Shown: positions 1-10,501, counted from the stretch's first letter. The stretch: DNA of 64,000 nt from an uncultured archaeon (GCA_964549685.1 CAZJVE010000003.1:32344-96343); one strand, 5' to 3'. Program-made: numbers and translations. The notes: generated from the sequence alone by a model not told the origin.

Positions 1-675
1 GTTTCAGAGGAGAAACTGTTCCATATCCTTGTCAACGAAAAGCACCTCCTTTCCCTGTTCGCGCTTCCCAATAACCTAGAGGAGATGGTGACCGGTTTTC
101 TTGTCTCAGAGGGAGTTACTGGCTATGAGAATGTCAAGGGGATAAGGAGGGCGAACTGCGAGCTGTGGGTAAAGACAAGGGAGGATATTCCTGAGTTGAA
201 ACCGGAGCTGAGAAGCTCGGGCTGCAGCGGAATTGCGATGTATAAGGCTCCAGAGCCGGTGGAATCAAAACAGGAATTTAATAGCAAGGTGATTGTGAAT
301 TCCCTGGAATATTTCAAAAAAGCTAAGGAGTGGAAAATCACTGGAGGTACTCACTTCGCGGCCTTAATCTCGGCGGATGGAAGATTTCTGCAGGGTTTTG
401 AGGATGTGGGCAGGCACAATGCCCTGGACAAGGTCATAGGATGGGCCCTCATGAACAATCATGGTCTGGCCGACAAATTCGTCCTCTTTACTGGAAGGCT
501 CTCGACAGGGATGGTGATGAAGGCTGCGAGAGCGGGAATACCGCTGCTTGTCTCGAATACCGCCGTGCTGTATCAAGCCATTCATCTTGCTGAGGAACTG
601 AATATCACGCTGGTTGGATTCGCAAGGGGAGAGGAGTTCAATGTCTACAGCAACCTGTGGAGAATCGGGAAATAA
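1..675 (+). CDS. fdhD: Formate dehydrogenase accessory sulfurtransferase FdhD (5' truncated by window edge)
   Basis: SSGCSG, TGGTHFAA, EDVGRHNALDKVIG and TGRLS motifs; frame is open from base 1 (VSEEKLFHILVNE...). Confidence 0.9.
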   Translation, partial: VSEEKLFHILVNEKHLLSLFALPNNLEEMVTGFLVSEGVTGYENVKGIRRANCELWVKTREDIPELKPELRSSGCSGIAMYKAPEPVESKQEFNSKVIVNSLEYFKKAKEWKITGGTHFAALISADGRFLQGFEDVGRHNALDKVIGWALMNNHGLADKFVLFTGRLSTGMVMKAARAGIPLLVSNTAVLYQAIHLAEELNITLVGFARGEEFNVYSNLWRIGK

Positions 676-676
676 T

Positions 677-1960
677 TCAGCTCTCTATCTTCTTTATCTC
701 TGCCAGGACCTGCTTCAGGGTGTCCACCGTGGACTTCGTCTCCTTTAACGGCGACTTGGCAAACTTTCTGACGCGTATCGGTACGTTGTCCATTCTGTAA
801 AAGGTTCCCTCGCACTCCATCGCGTTCAGGACATCCGGGATGACAACGTTGCTGAGCATGGTCGTGGGGCAGTGAGCAACCTCAACCGAGATTAGAGGTA
901 TGTCTGCGAGATGCTCTATGGCTTCTCTGGGAAGATGGGCCCCCAAATCGGCCCCTACCACAAGGACCGCATCTACTTCGCCCCTCGCAAGCAGATCAAC
1001 TGTTGTCGTTTCGCCGGGGTTGAAGCGGGGAATTCTCCTCGAATAGTCCACTCCGAAGGGATAGCCCGAGGTCCAGGTCATAATCTGATTGAAACCTGCA
1101 ACGTTGCTGTGGCCCCTGTTTGCCAGAAGGATGAACCGTGAATAATTGTTTACGTTCTTCACGAGGCGCATCGCCTTCTCCAGGTTCCTATACTTTCCAA
1201 CGGAGCTTGCTATTCCAAGGCCCACGAAAATGACACCGTACTTGCAGGACTTCATCATCTCCGCGAGCTTCCTGACGGTTTTGGGTGGAACTCCCCCGAC
1301 TGCCTTGTCTATGTCATGGCCGTTGATTACTGCACCTATGGCTGACATCAGCTCGAAGTCCTTGTTCGGCTCTATCTGTATGTGAAGGTCGGCAAGTTCC
1401 GCGGTTGGGGTCTTTCTTGGGTCCACCACTATGATGGTCCTCTCCTGACCACCGTGCTCCCTGAAGTAGCCCCGGGGGAACAATGAATAGCGGGATAACA
1501 GACGGGGATGCGATTCAATGGGGTTGCAGCCCCAGTATATCAGTAAATCGGCCCTGTTCTTGACCTCTCCGAGGGTTGCTGATGGGAGCCCGGCCTCCTG
1601 GATGCCGAGGACTGTCGGGCCGTGGCACATTGTCGAATTTCCATCCACCACTCCACCGAGGTATTCTGCCATTTCGATTCCGACTCTCATGGATTCCGTA
1701 GAAATCTCGCTGCCCATGAAGATTAGCGGCCTCTTTGCCTTGCCGAGAATTTCAGCAGTCTTTTTGATTGCATCCTTCCAGCCGGCTTTCTTTCCGTCTA
1801 TTGTTGGAGTCAGGACTCTGTCCTTGTCCCTGAGCTTGTGGTACTTGGCCTCGCCCATGCTGCATGCATTGTAGACCTTGATATCATCTCTTGTGAGTTC
1901 TATGTCTATGTCGTCGCATGCAAGCCCACAGACCGAGCAGGTTATGTCCTTATGCAGCAT
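677..1960 (-). CDS. fwdB: Formylmethanofuran dehydrogenase subunit B (Cys ligand, not Sec)
   Basis: N-terminal CSVCGLACDD, MCHGP metal-ligand motif, TLGEVKNRAD, WGCNPxxSHPR, RGHSNVAGF. Confidence 0.93.
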   Translation of the reverse strand: MLHKDITCSVCGLACDDIDIELTRDDIKVYNACSMGEAKYHKLRDKDRVLTPTIDGKKAGWKDAIKKTAEILGKAKRPLIFMGSEISTESMRVGIEMAEYLGGVVDGNSTMCHGPTVLGIQEAGLPSATLGEVKNRADLLIYWGCNPIESHPRLLSRYSLFPRGYFREHGGQERTIIVVDPRKTPTAELADLHIQIEPNKDFELMSAIGAVINGHDIDKAVGGVPPKTVRKLAEMMKSCKYGVIFVGLGIASSVGKYRNLEKAMRLVKNVNNYSRFILLANRGHSNVAGFNQIMTWTSGYPFGVDYSRRIPRFNPGETTTVDLLARGEVDAVLVVGADLGAHLPREAIEHLADIPLISVEVAHCPTTMLSNVVIPDVLNAMECEGTFYRMDNVPIRVRKFAKSPLKETKSTVDTLKQVLAEIKKIES

Positions 1961-2462
1961 TCAGTTCACCCATGATTTTCTCAGCGAGCTGGTCTCTGTT
2001 CTCCTGGTTGATGATGAATTTCCTGAATTCTACGCCGGGGAATTTACTAGTGAATTCCTCAAGCATTTTCTTTCTGATTACGATGATTACGTCCTTCTCT
2101 GTTGCTATTGCCCTCTCGGCTTCTGGAGAGAGGCCGTCCCCTTTCCTTTCGAGAGGGCCTATCTCGTCGATGAAGACGAGGTCGGAGCCGTTTTCTATTG
2201 AGCAGTGAATTGCTTTTCTGCTAAGGGAAATTCCTTTTTTAGTTATAATATAATTTCCAACCGGAATCCCCTCTGCCTTTGAGTCCGTTGTTGCCATCTC
2301 CTCCTTTTCTCCCGTGGAGAGGTCAATGGCAGTGCTGCCCTCTCCAGCCCCAGGGCAGAGCACGCCGCCGCATTTCCTGCCGTTCTCTTCTGCAATCTCT
2401 ACTATCCTTTCGCAGAGGGTTGTCTTCCCGACTCCCGAAATTCCCGATATGAGTATTTTCAT
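1950..2462 (-). CDS. THEP1-family nucleoside triphosphatase
   Basis: Walker A GISGVGKTT, GGVLCP, Walker B VFIDEIGPLE. Confidence 0.85.
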   Translation of the reverse strand: MKILISGISGVGKTTLCERIVEIAEENGRKCGGVLCPGAGEGSTAIDLSTGEKEEMATTDSKAEGIPVGNYIITKKGISLSRKAIHCSIENGSDLVFIDEIGPLERKGDGLSPEAERAIATEKDVIIVIRKKMLEEFTSKFPGVEFRKFIINQENRDQLAEKIMGELNAA

Positions 2463-3118
2463 ATTCCTTTCACGCCCATGAGCCAGCAGAGCCCTGTGAG
2501 AAGGGCTGCAAGCTCGTAGAAGATTCCCGAGCGCACCGCCTTTTTCTGGATTAATGCCATTATGTCTCCCGCCCTGTAGCCGGCCATTACTGTAACCGCT
2601 GATAGCAGGGCGGCCTGCGTTCCGTCAGCCAGGATGAAATTCATCATGTCTGTCAGGGACATGTTCAGCCAGAATCTCGAGCCAATGCCCAGGTACTTGA
2701 AGACCATGCCGAAGCCCATATAGCTGAGGTAGGCGAAGCCCGCTCCTGTGGAGAGGTGGTTTATTATCGGTGCTTTTATCCTGTGCGTTACAGTAAGGAC
2801 GGCGCCGAAGGCCATTGCCTCTATCAGTATGGAAATCATCGGCCTGAATACCATCGGGCTGGGGCCGACTATGAAGATGTCAAATCCTTTCAGGAGTGAG
2901 GCCACAGCACCAATGCCGAGCAGGAATCCTATCCTGTTACTCGGCCGGTATGTTCTCAGGGCCGCTGACATGAGGAACGCGCCGAGGGAGAACATTATCG
3001 CTCCCTTGAGCATGAAGTGAATCATGTGCAGGAATACGCCAAGCGTGGCCTCAAACATTCCCCAGATTGAACCGAATAGTAGAATTCCAATCAGTATTTG
3101 TTTTTGTTTTTCATCCAT
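2459..3118 (-). CDS. Multi-pass membrane protein (ECF S-component-like size)
   Basis: About 6-7 hydrophobic segments; GSIWGMFEATLGxxLH motif; stop overlaps the NTPase start. Confidence 0.65.
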   Translation of the reverse strand: MDEKQKQILIGILLFGSIWGMFEATLGVFLHMIHFMLKGAIMFSLGAFLMSAALRTYRPSNRIGFLLGIGAVASLLKGFDIFIVGPSPMVFRPMISILIEAMAFGAVLTVTHRIKAPIINHLSTGAGFAYLSYMGFGMVFKYLGIGSRFWLNMSLTDMMNFILADGTQAALLSAVTVMAGYRAGDIMALIQKKAVRSGIFYELAALLTGLCWLMGVKGI

Positions 3119-3119
3119 T

Positions 3120-3518
3120 TTAATCGCCTCTCAAAATTTGTTTTTTCATCAGGTTCTCGCAGTCCAGGACAGGGTCATCCGTGCCTTCAACCTTGGCCTC
3201 CATCCCCTTGTAGAACGGGGAGCCCGAGTCAAAGGTTTCGGAGCTGATGACCATATTGGCCCAGAGGCCCCTTGGAATAAAGGCATGGCCCTTCTTCACC
3301 CCGGGGTCTGATTTCGCATGGACAGTGACAGAGCCCGACTTTGTCTTTACCTTAACGTTCTCCAGGTAGGAACCCTTTCGGTACCATACTCTCTTGAAGT
3401 CTTCGGGGTTGAGGCTGCAGAAAGCCGCCTCCTTGGTGTATTGGGGAGTCATCTTCTTTCCGCCCTTCGTTACCTTGCCCTGATTTATGGTCGAGGCTGT
3501 ATTCAGGATGACTTTCAT
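3120..3518 (-). CDS. fwdD: Formylmethanofuran dehydrogenase subunit D
   Basis: Start reassigned to MKVILNTASTINQG (ATGA overlap with fwdG stop); FIPRGLWAN and GSPFYKG motifs. Confidence 0.88.
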   Translation of the reverse strand: MKVILNTASTINQGKVTKGGKKMTPQYTKEAAFCSLNPEDFKRVWYRKGSYLENVKVKTKSGSVTVHAKSDPGVKKGHAFIPRGLWANMVISSETFDSGSPFYKGMEAKVEGTDDPVLDCENLMKKQILRGD

Positions 3519-3790
3519 TCTTCTTTTTCCTCCTCCGCAGGAATTTCCTCCCGGACAAGCTCGCCCTCGGCCAGAATTTTTATTGCCTCCAGGGGACATA
3601 CCTCCATGCAGATTCCACAGCCGGTGCATGGGGCATCGAACTCCGCCATGGCCTTGACTATCCTTATGACGCTACCGCTGTCGCCGATGCCATATCCTGC
3701 CTTGGTTGAGAGCGATGCTGAATTTGGACAGGCAACAACGCAGTTCGCGCATCCTATGCAAAGGTCCTTGTCTATTTTAACCCTAAACAT
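3515..3790 (-). CDS. fwdG: FwdG-like 2x[4Fe-4S] ferredoxin
   Basis: CIGCANCVVACP and CTGCGICMEVCP; located directly upstream of fwdD. Confidence 0.8.
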   Translation of the reverse strand: MFRVKIDKDLCIGCANCVVACPNSASLSTKAGYGIGDSGSVIRIVKAMAEFDAPCTGCGICMEVCPLEAIKILAEGELVREEIPAEEEKEE

Positions 3791-4611
3791 TTTTTTATCA
3801 GGCTTTCTGCACTTATCTGATGATACTGAACCCCCAACTCATTGGGATGGAAGCCAAATGCAATTGCAATGAGCTCGGGGTAGTAAAAAACTGGGAGTTC
3901 CATCCCGAGTCTCTTCTGGGCCAGTTCGTACTGGAGGAAACATAGCGGACAGGGGGTGCAAAGTGCATCCGCCCCTGATTCCTTCAGCTCGTTGAGCTTT
4001 AATTCAACAAGGTCGTTTGCTACCTCCTGGTCGACTGCCGCAAGGGCTGAACCGCAGCATAAGTCCCTGTGAGGGTATTCGACAACCTCCAATCCTATCA
4101 TTTTTACCAGGTCGTCCATCCGTTCAATGCAGTAATCCATTACCTTGGACGGCCTCTGGATGTGGCAGCCGTCATGGATTGCGACCTTCATCTTCATGGG
4201 GAACTGGATTAATTCTCTGGCCCTGTCAATGTTCTCGTGGATGAAATTCACTATGTGCCTGACATCGTTTTTGCCCTCGTAGCTCAGGCCTATCTTCTTG
4301 AGTTCCTTGTTGACCTCGTTCCTCTTCTTCTCGTCCTGGAGTAAATGCTTCGCATCCAGTAGTGTGCCGCTGCAGCCAGAGCAGAGCGCTATTATGTCGA
4401 GGTTCTCCTTCTCTGCGAGGGCGAGGTTCCTTGCCGCTATCGCAAGCCAGGTTTCCTCATCCATTGACTTCATGTGGGTGTTTGGGCAGCATGAAAACTC
4501 CAGGTATCTGGGTTCAACCCCCAGTTTCTTCAATACCTCTACCGATGCCTTTTCAAGCCATGGTAGCTTCGCAGGGATGAAGCATCCTGTGAATAGTGCA
4601 TGGGGTTTCAT
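3772..4611 (-). CDS. hdrB: Heterodisulfide reductase subunit B (two CCG domains)
   Basis: FTGC...SCCP...ARNLALAE...CSGC and GCH...CCG...CPLCFLQY motifs. Confidence 0.9.
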   Translation of the reverse strand: MKPHALFTGCFIPAKLPWLEKASVEVLKKLGVEPRYLEFSCCPNTHMKSMDEETWLAIAARNLALAEKENLDIIALCSGCSGTLLDAKHLLQDEKKRNEVNKELKKIGLSYEGKNDVRHIVNFIHENIDRARELIQFPMKMKVAIHDGCHIQRPSKVMDYCIERMDDLVKMIGLEVVEYPHRDLCCGSALAAVDQEVANDLVELKLNELKESGADALCTPCPLCFLQYELAQKRLGMELPVFYYPELIAIAFGFHPNELGVQYHQISAESLIKKCLGLK

Positions 4612-5072
4612 TCTGTCTTGATTTTGGATAGTTTCTTCAGGTCCTCGGGCCTTGGCTTCTTTATCTCCTCAAGCTTCAGTTCCTCCCTCCACCGGGCTGC
4701 CCGCCCTATTATCGGGAGGACAAGGCCGTCCTTCACTATTGTCGCTGCCAGGGATTTTATCCTGCCAGGACACTGATGGCCCGATTCACGGGCGTGATTC
4801 CTTGCTGCTATGAAGAGCTCGTCCGGGTCGACTCCCTTGGGGCACATCTCAGAGCATGAATGGCATGTTGTGCATAACCATAGCTGGTCCGAGTCAAGGA
4901 CTTCCTCATCTTCAATGAGGAGCCTATATATGGTCTTCCTCGGGGAGTGCTCCTCCCGGACATAACCTATCGGACAGACAGAGCCGCATTCCCCGCACTG
5001 GAGGCACTTGCCCATTATCTTCTCCGACTCCTCTTCTATGAGCTTCCTGAACTTACTCTTCCTTTTTTCCAT
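4608..5072 (-). CDS. hdrC: Heterodisulfide reductase subunit C
   Basis: CLQCGECGSVCP and LWLCTTCHSCSEMCPKGV; overlaps hdrB start; an alternative TTG start lies at 5090. Confidence 0.88.
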   Translation of the reverse strand: MEKRKSKFRKLIEEESEKIMGKCLQCGECGSVCPIGYVREEHSPRKTIYRLLIEDEEVLDSDQLWLCTTCHSCSEMCPKGVDPDELFIAARNHARESGHQCPGRIKSLAATIVKDGLVLPIIGRAARWREELKLEEIKKPRPEDLKKLSKIKTE

Positions 5073-5658
5073 CCTTGTCGAAATTCTCAAGCTTTATCTC
5101 ACCGAGGAACTTCTCCCTCAGCCTTTTCATTATCCTGGTTTCAGGGTCCTTTTTGCAGACAATCTTGATTCTCTTAAGCGCTATCGCACTGGAAGGGCAT
5201 CCAAGAGCGCAGGCGCCGCAGTAGGTGCATTTGTCAAGGTCAATCTCCACCTCCTTGGTAATCTTTATCGCATCCTCCCTGCAGAGAACCTCACATACAT
5301 CACAGAGCTTGGGGCATTTTTCCTGTTCGACTGAAATCTTGCCCTCGAATTCCATCTCCTTGGGAATTCCTTCGTTCTCGACTATAAGGATCCTCTCCTC
5401 GCCGTTTATCATTGTTTTGAATGCCTTTTTGATGCAGATTGCTGCGCAGACTCCGCAGAGAACGCACTTGTCCTTGTCGAATTTCAGGGGTGGTTCTGAA
5501 ATGTCCTCTTTTACCGATGCGCCTATCGGGTTCAGCTCCAGGGCCTCTTTCGGACACGCCTGAACGCAGAGAGCGCATCCGTTGCACTTCTCCCCGTCAT
5601 AGAGCAGCTGGACCCTTTCCTGCCACATCTCGATTGACTTTAACTCCTCGTGGGTCAT
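5053..5658 (-). CDS. fwdF: FwdF-like polyferredoxin, short form (four cluster motifs)
   Basis: Start reassigned to MTHEELK (ATGA overlap with hdrA stop); [47 protein letters not shown]. Confidence 0.72.
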   Translation of the reverse strand: MTHEELKSIEMWQERVQLLYDGEKCNGCALCVQACPKEALELNPIGASVKEDISEPPLKFDKDKCVLCGVCAAICIKKAFKTMINGEERILIVENEGIPKEMEFEGKISVEQEKCPKLCDVCEVLCREDAIKITKEVEIDLDKCTYCGACALGCPSSAIALKRIKIVCKKDPETRIMKRLREKFLGEIKLENFDKDGKKEE

Positions 5659-8075
5659 TTTATCGCGCCCTCCTTTTTCAGCTTCTCCAAGGTGCTGGTT
5701 AATTCTTTCATGAGTCCTGCGAATTCCGCTCCCTCGGAGGCTGATATCCATGCGAGCCTGAATCTTCGTGAATCGATGCCCTTCTCCTCCAGGGCCTTTT
5801 CATACTTGTCTATTCTCTTCTCGCACTCGAAGTTTCCTGAAATATAATGGCAGTCGTGCAGGTGGCAACCAGTAAGTGCAACAATTCCGGCCCCCAGCTC
5901 CAATGCCCGGTCTATGAATTTGGTAGCTACCCTTCCGGAGCACATGACCCTTATTACGCGAAGGTTCTCGGGGTATTTGAATCTGGAGACTCCTGCCGTG
6001 TCCGCTCCTCCATAGGAGCACCAGTTGCATAGGAATCCAAGGATTTTGTCCTGGGGATTCTCTTTCAGTGCCGCCTCTATCTGGGAGAATATCTGCTCGT
6101 CGGTGAAGCCCCGCTGCTGCAATGCATCCTTGGGGCAGATGGCAACACAAGTGCCGCAGCCCTTGCAGGCGGCAGGGATTATCTCCACGGGCTTGCCCTT
6201 CTCGTGCCTTATTGCGCTGTAGGGACAGTACTTGGCGCATAAACCGCAGCTTATGCAGAGCTCCGGGTTTACCTCCGCTATGATTGAGTCGGGTTCAACG
6301 AAACCCCTGCTCATCGGGATTGCGGCTCCTGCTGCCGCGGCTCTTGCCTGTGATACCGATGCGGGAATGTCCTTGGGTCCCTGGGCAGCTCCGGCAAGGA
6401 ATACGCCGTCCGTCGGAGTATCGACAGGCCTCAGCTTTGGGTGGGCCTCCATGAAGAACCCGTCTCCTGTGCAGGAGATGTTCAGCTTTCTCTGGAGCTC
6501 CTTTGCGTCATCGGTTGGCTCAGCCCCTGAGGAGAGAATTACCATGTCCAGCTTCATCTCCTTAATCTTTCCGGAGAGGGTGTCATCAACCCTGATTATA
6601 AGTTTGCCATCCATGTCCTGTATTACATTAGAGGGCCTTCCGCGGATGAATTTCACGCCCTTGTTCCTCAGCCGCTCATAGAACTCCTCGTAGTCCTTTC
6701 CGAATGAGCGGACGTCCATGTAGAATATGTAGATGTCCAGGTCGGGATACTTCTCCTTGAGCTGGGTTGCGTGCTTCATCGCATACATGCAGCAGAAGTT
6801 CGAACAGTAGGGGTTTTCCTCGTTCCTTGAGCCGACGCACTGGATGATGCCCACGCTCTTCGGCTTCTCACCGTTCTTCAGGGTTACCTTGCCCTGCGTT
6901 GGGCCTGAGGCGTTGATAATTCTCTCGAAGTCGATTCCTGTAAGGACGTTATCGTATTTGCCGTAGCCGTATTCTCCCGTAGCATCGTGGTCCTTGAATC
7001 CAGTGGCGGCTATTATCGTTCCGACCTCCAGGTCTATTATCTCGTCCTCCTGGTCGAAATCCACGGCTTCCCTTTCGCAGACCTTCTCGCAGAGGCCACA
7101 TTCTATGCACGAGTCCTTGTCTATCGTCGCTGTCAACGGAACCGCCTGAGGGAAAGAGATGTAGCAGGCCTTTCTTGGTCCCGTGCCCCTGTCGAATTCG
7201 TTCTTGCAGATTACGGGGCATACCTCCCAGCACTCGCCGCAGCCGTTGCAGTCCTCGTTGGTATAGCGGGCCTTCTTCCTCACCTTCACACTGAAATTCC
7301 CGATGTAGCCCTCGACGCTCTCCACCTCCGAATATGCCAGTAACTCTATGTTCGGGTGGTTGCCGACATCTGACATTTTAGGACCAAGGATGCAAATGGA
7401 ACAATCTATTGTGGGGAAAGTCTTGTCCAGCATCGCCATGTGCCCTCCGATAGATGGGTTCTTCTCAACAAGGTATGTTTTGAATCCCATATCCGCCAAA
7501 TCCAGTGCTGATTGAATCCCTGCAACTCCGGCCCCTATGACGAGGGCCTTCTTAGTTACGGGGGAGCGTATCTTCGGCAGGGGCATGAGGTGCCTTGCCT
7601 TTGACACGGCCATGGCGACCAGGTCCTTTGCCTTCTCTGTTGCCTTGGCCTTGTCCTCATGGACCCATGAGCAATGCTCCCTGATGTTAGCCATCTCGAA
7701 CATGTACCGGTTCAGGCCAGCCGCTTCTATGCACTTTCTGAAGGTCGGTTCATGAAGCCTTGGAGAGCATGATGCTACGACGACCCTGTCGAGGTCAAGC
7801 TCCTTTATGTCCTGCTTTATCTCCTCCTGTCCAGAGTCGGAGCAGGTGTATTTGTTTTCCCGGGCTATTACGACGCCGTTTAGCTTGGAGGCGAATTCAG
7901 TAACGGCCTTGCAGTCGACCACCGAGGCGATGTTAAGGCCGCAGTCGCAGACATAGACGCCAATCTTTGGCTTCTCCTTGCCAGTGACAAGGTGTCCTTT
8001 ATGTACGGGGATGTCCCCTATTGAGAGCTTCGGGCCCTTTTTAGCCTTCTTCGATGTAGATTTCGCCTTTGCCAT
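5655..8075 (-). CDS. hdrA: Heterodisulfide reductase subunit A fused to a C-terminal MvhD domain
   Basis: [36 protein letters not shown] motif, DKTFPTxDCSxCIL, CVGSR...[14 protein letters not shown]; C-terminal [12 protein letters not shown]...RVMCSGR...GCHxxDCHY (MvhD). Confidence 0.95.
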   Translation of the reverse strand: MAKAKSTSKKAKKGPKLSIGDIPVHKGHLVTGKEKPKIGVYVCDCGLNIASVVDCKAVTEFASKLNGVVIARENKYTCSDSGQEEIKQDIKELDLDRVVVASCSPRLHEPTFRKCIEAAGLNRYMFEMANIREHCSWVHEDKAKATEKAKDLVAMAVSKARHLMPLPKIRSPVTKKALVIGAGVAGIQSALDLADMGFKTYLVEKNPSIGGHMAMLDKTFPTIDCSICILGPKMSDVGNHPNIELLAYSEVESVEGYIGNFSVKVRKKARYTNEDCNGCGECWEVCPVICKNEFDRGTGPRKACYISFPQAVPLTATIDKDSCIECGLCEKVCEREAVDFDQEDEIIDLEVGTIIAATGFKDHDATGEYGYGKYDNVLTGIDFERIINASGPTQGKVTLKNGEKPKSVGIIQCVGSRNEENPYCSNFCCMYAMKHATQLKEKYPDLDIYIFYMDVRSFGKDYEEFYERLRNKGVKFIRGRPSNVIQDMDGKLIIRVDDTLSGKIKEMKLDMVILSSGAEPTDDAKELQRKLNISCTGDGFFMEAHPKLRPVDTPTDGVFLAGAAQGPKDIPASVSQARAAAAGAAIPMSRGFVEPDSIIAEVNPELCISCGLCAKYCPYSAIRHEKGKPVEIIPAACKGCGTCVAICPKDALQQRGFTDEQIFSQIEAALKENPQDKILGFLCNWCSYGGADTAGVSRFKYPENLRVIRVMCSGRVATKFIDRALELGAGIVALTGCHLHDCHYISGNFECEKRIDKYEKALEEKGIDSRRFRLAWISASEGAEFAGLMKELTSTLEKLKKEGAIK

Positions 8076-8781
8076 TCTCGGACAGGTCACCTATATATTT
8101 ATTGCCTTCCTTTTTGAAGGAGGGAAGCATTTCCTCCGCCTTGCCTTTTATCGTGATTCTGCCGGCCTCCATCTCGGCCCCGGCTCTTGCTCCAGAATTC
8201 CCATCGACGATGATTTCACCGTCCTGCATCCTGAAGCCCAGGAACTGCCCGGCATTGCCATGAACGGAAATCTTCCCCCCAAGCATGCATGTTCCAAGGT
8301 TGTCTCCGACGTTGCCGTGGATTATTATCTCCCCGGCCTTCATGCCCTTCCAAGCGCCCCTGTAGGCGGAGCCGATGAAGTTTCGAGCGTTGCCTTTGAT
8401 TTCTATCCTGCCGTCTTTCATCTCCATCCCGGCCCAGGAGTCGGCATTCCCTTCCACCATGATTTTGCCGCCACTCATTCTGGAACCGAGGTGCATTCCC
8501 ACATTGCCCTTGACCAGAATTTCCCCGCCAGTCATTGCCTGGCCGATTCTTTTGACCCTAGAGCAGTCACCCTCTATGACTATTTTTATTTCAGTGGATT
8601 TATCTGACTTTTCCCCATGGATGTCGAAGTACCTGCCCAGCTTCCCGGCCTGGTTGCCCGCATAGACGTTCATGTCTTCTATCTCCTTCATGGTCTTCCC
8701 TGCGAATTTATCGGGTGAGATGCAGTCGGCTTCCAGCCCCGTTGACGGGATTTCCTTTGCCCTCAGTATTATTTCAGCCAT
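8041..8781 (-). CDS. fwdC: Formylmethanofuran dehydrogenase subunit C
   Basis: ISPD near the N-terminus; GxxMxGGxIxVxG beta-helix repeats; GSAYRG. Confidence 0.93.
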   Translation of the reverse strand: MAEIILRAKEIPSTGLEADCISPDKFAGKTMKEIEDMNVYAGNQAGKLGRYFDIHGEKSDKSTEIKIVIEGDCSRVKRIGQAMTGGEILVKGNVGMHLGSRMSGGKIMVEGNADSWAGMEMKDGRIEIKGNARNFIGSAYRGAWKGMKAGEIIIHGNVGDNLGTCMLGGKISVHGNAGQFLGFRMQDGEIIVDGNSGARAGAEMEAGRITIKGKAEEMLPSFKKEGNKYIGDLSENGKGEIYIEEG

Positions 8782-10402
8782 TTGTCTTCACCTCCACCGG
8801 ATTTGGGAGGTACTCCATGCCGACCCCATAGTTCCCAACGTTCACTGTATAGTATAGGAATCTCTTCCTGATGTCCTCTTCTATGTCGACCTTTACCTTT
8901 GGACAGACATAGTAGGTCTTTCCTATCGCTGAATCTACGACCTTTCCGCCCTTCACCACAATCTTCCCGTCCTTTATCGTACACGATGCTGAGGAGAATG
9001 CCTTCTCTATCTTCTTGCCATCCCTCTCCCCCGGACCGATATCATATATTGCAATGTTTGCGGGGTTCCCCTCCTTCAGGGAGAGGTCAAGGCCCAGCCT
9101 CTTCGCGGGACCAGCTCTGGTCATTATTGCTATTTCCTCAAGAGTTAATTCCCTGTCCAGCGAACCGAGTCCAGTCCTGCTTGATGCCCACTTGTGGCTT
9201 CTTTCCATAGTTCCGTCCCTATACTTTTTACTCATCAGCCAGGCTATAATCTTTGGGTAATGGGTAAAGACCCCTGCATTTGGATTGTCCGTTGTTATGA
9301 AAGCCTGCCAGGGGTTCTTGATTCCTAGAGCGAGCTCGAGCCCGATGGTCCACTGTACCGAGTTAACGCCGGATTTCCTGCTGTAGTAGTAAGGGACAAC
9401 GCCGCCGCTGGTTTCATTCTCTACGTCTCCATTGCTCCACTTCTGCCTGTTTATCAGGGAGAGACCGAATTCAAACGGGGCGTCAGCCGTCATGGTCGTT
9501 ACATCCCCGTAGACGACCTGACCCAGGTCAATGCTGATGTCCTTATTCCTGTTTACCGCCATTGCGAGTTTCTCCGCCCCTGAGCTGAACGTCTTCCATG
9601 AGTCCCCGCCATAGGAGCTGAACTGCAGATGCGTAATGTGCAGGGGGGAGAATTTCATCGTCTTTATCGCTGTTTCAAAGTTCCCAGGATGCCCGAGGTT
9701 GTTCGTATGCAGATGCACCGGGTGGGGGAGCTTCAGTTCCCTGTTGATTCTGATTAGCTCCTTGATAATCTCGGCAGGAGTTACCTCAAAGTATGGTACA
9801 GGGTCATCAAGGGATTTGACGTTCTTGCCCCAGCCCCATGCGAAGGTTCCACCGGGGTTCGCCGCCTTTATACCATAGGTCTTTGTCCTTGAGAGCATCC
9901 ATGCTATGAGCGATGTTGCCTTTTCCTTCTCTCCCTTGGAGATGTACTCTATGAGCTGGTGGTTATTGCCAAGGAGGAGGAGACCCAGCTTGTCTATTAT
10001 TGGGGTATCGATGAATTCCTCATGGGTGTGGATGGCCGTTAATGGAGGAACCGCTGGCTCATTCACAGTAGTATAGCCCATCTCCGCATACTTATAGCCG
10101 GTTGCCCATGTGCTTGGAACGATAAAACCAGACCCGGCCCTGAATTTGCCCCTTGCCGGAATTTCGTTTCCCAGATGGTCCTCAGGCCGGAATAAGCGCC
10201 CCATGTTTACCTTGGCCCCTGCGAAATGGGAGTGTATGTCCACACCCCCTGGGAAGACGGCCTTGCCTGATGCGTCTATTGTCTTTGCATTCTTCTGAGC
10301 CTTAGCTGCTATCTTCCCCCCGCTAATGAAGATGTCCTTCTCTTCCCCATTGAGTCCGTTGAGGGGGTCGAAGACCCGGCCGTTCCTGATTACGAGGTCC
10401 AT
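8774..10402 (-). CDS. fwdA: Formylmethanofuran dehydrogenase subunit A
   Basis: GGVDIHSH, GYTTVNEPA, NPGG, HLHTNNLG, THLQFSSYGG, TMTADAP, TTDNPN, TRAGPAK. Confidence 0.95.
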   Translation of the reverse strand: MDLVIRNGRVFDPLNGLNGEEKDIFISGGKIAAKAQKNAKTIDASGKAVFPGGVDIHSHFAGAKVNMGRLFRPEDHLGNEIPARGKFRAGSGFIVPSTWATGYKYAEMGYTTVNEPAVPPLTAIHTHEEFIDTPIIDKLGLLLLGNNHQLIEYISKGEKEKATSLIAWMLSRTKTYGIKAANPGGTFAWGWGKNVKSLDDPVPYFEVTPAEIIKELIRINRELKLPHPVHLHTNNLGHPGNFETAIKTMKFSPLHITHLQFSSYGGDSWKTFSSGAEKLAMAVNRNKDISIDLGQVVYGDVTTMTADAPFEFGLSLINRQKWSNGDVENETSGGVVPYYYSRKSGVNSVQWTIGLELALGIKNPWQAFITTDNPNAGVFTHYPKIIAWLMSKKYRDGTMERSHKWASSRTGLGSLDRELTLEEIAIMTRAGPAKRLGLDLSLKEGNPANIAIYDIGPGERDGKKIEKAFSSASCTIKDGKIVVKGGKVVDSAIGKTYYVCPKVKVDIEEDIRKRFLYYTVNVGNYGVGMEYLPNPVEVKTNG

Positions 10403-10501
10403 GTTTTTGGCATGATTTTTCCATATAGATAGCAGAACCCAGGTTAAAATATAGGGTTAGATGCTTTATTTGAATAAGCATATCCGGAAAAAAACAAGGA
10501 C

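Noticed and set aside
677-8075. Selenocysteine recoding in FwdB, HdrA or MvhD
   Set aside because: All ORFs are continuous with Cys at the relevant motifs; no in-frame TGA is needed.
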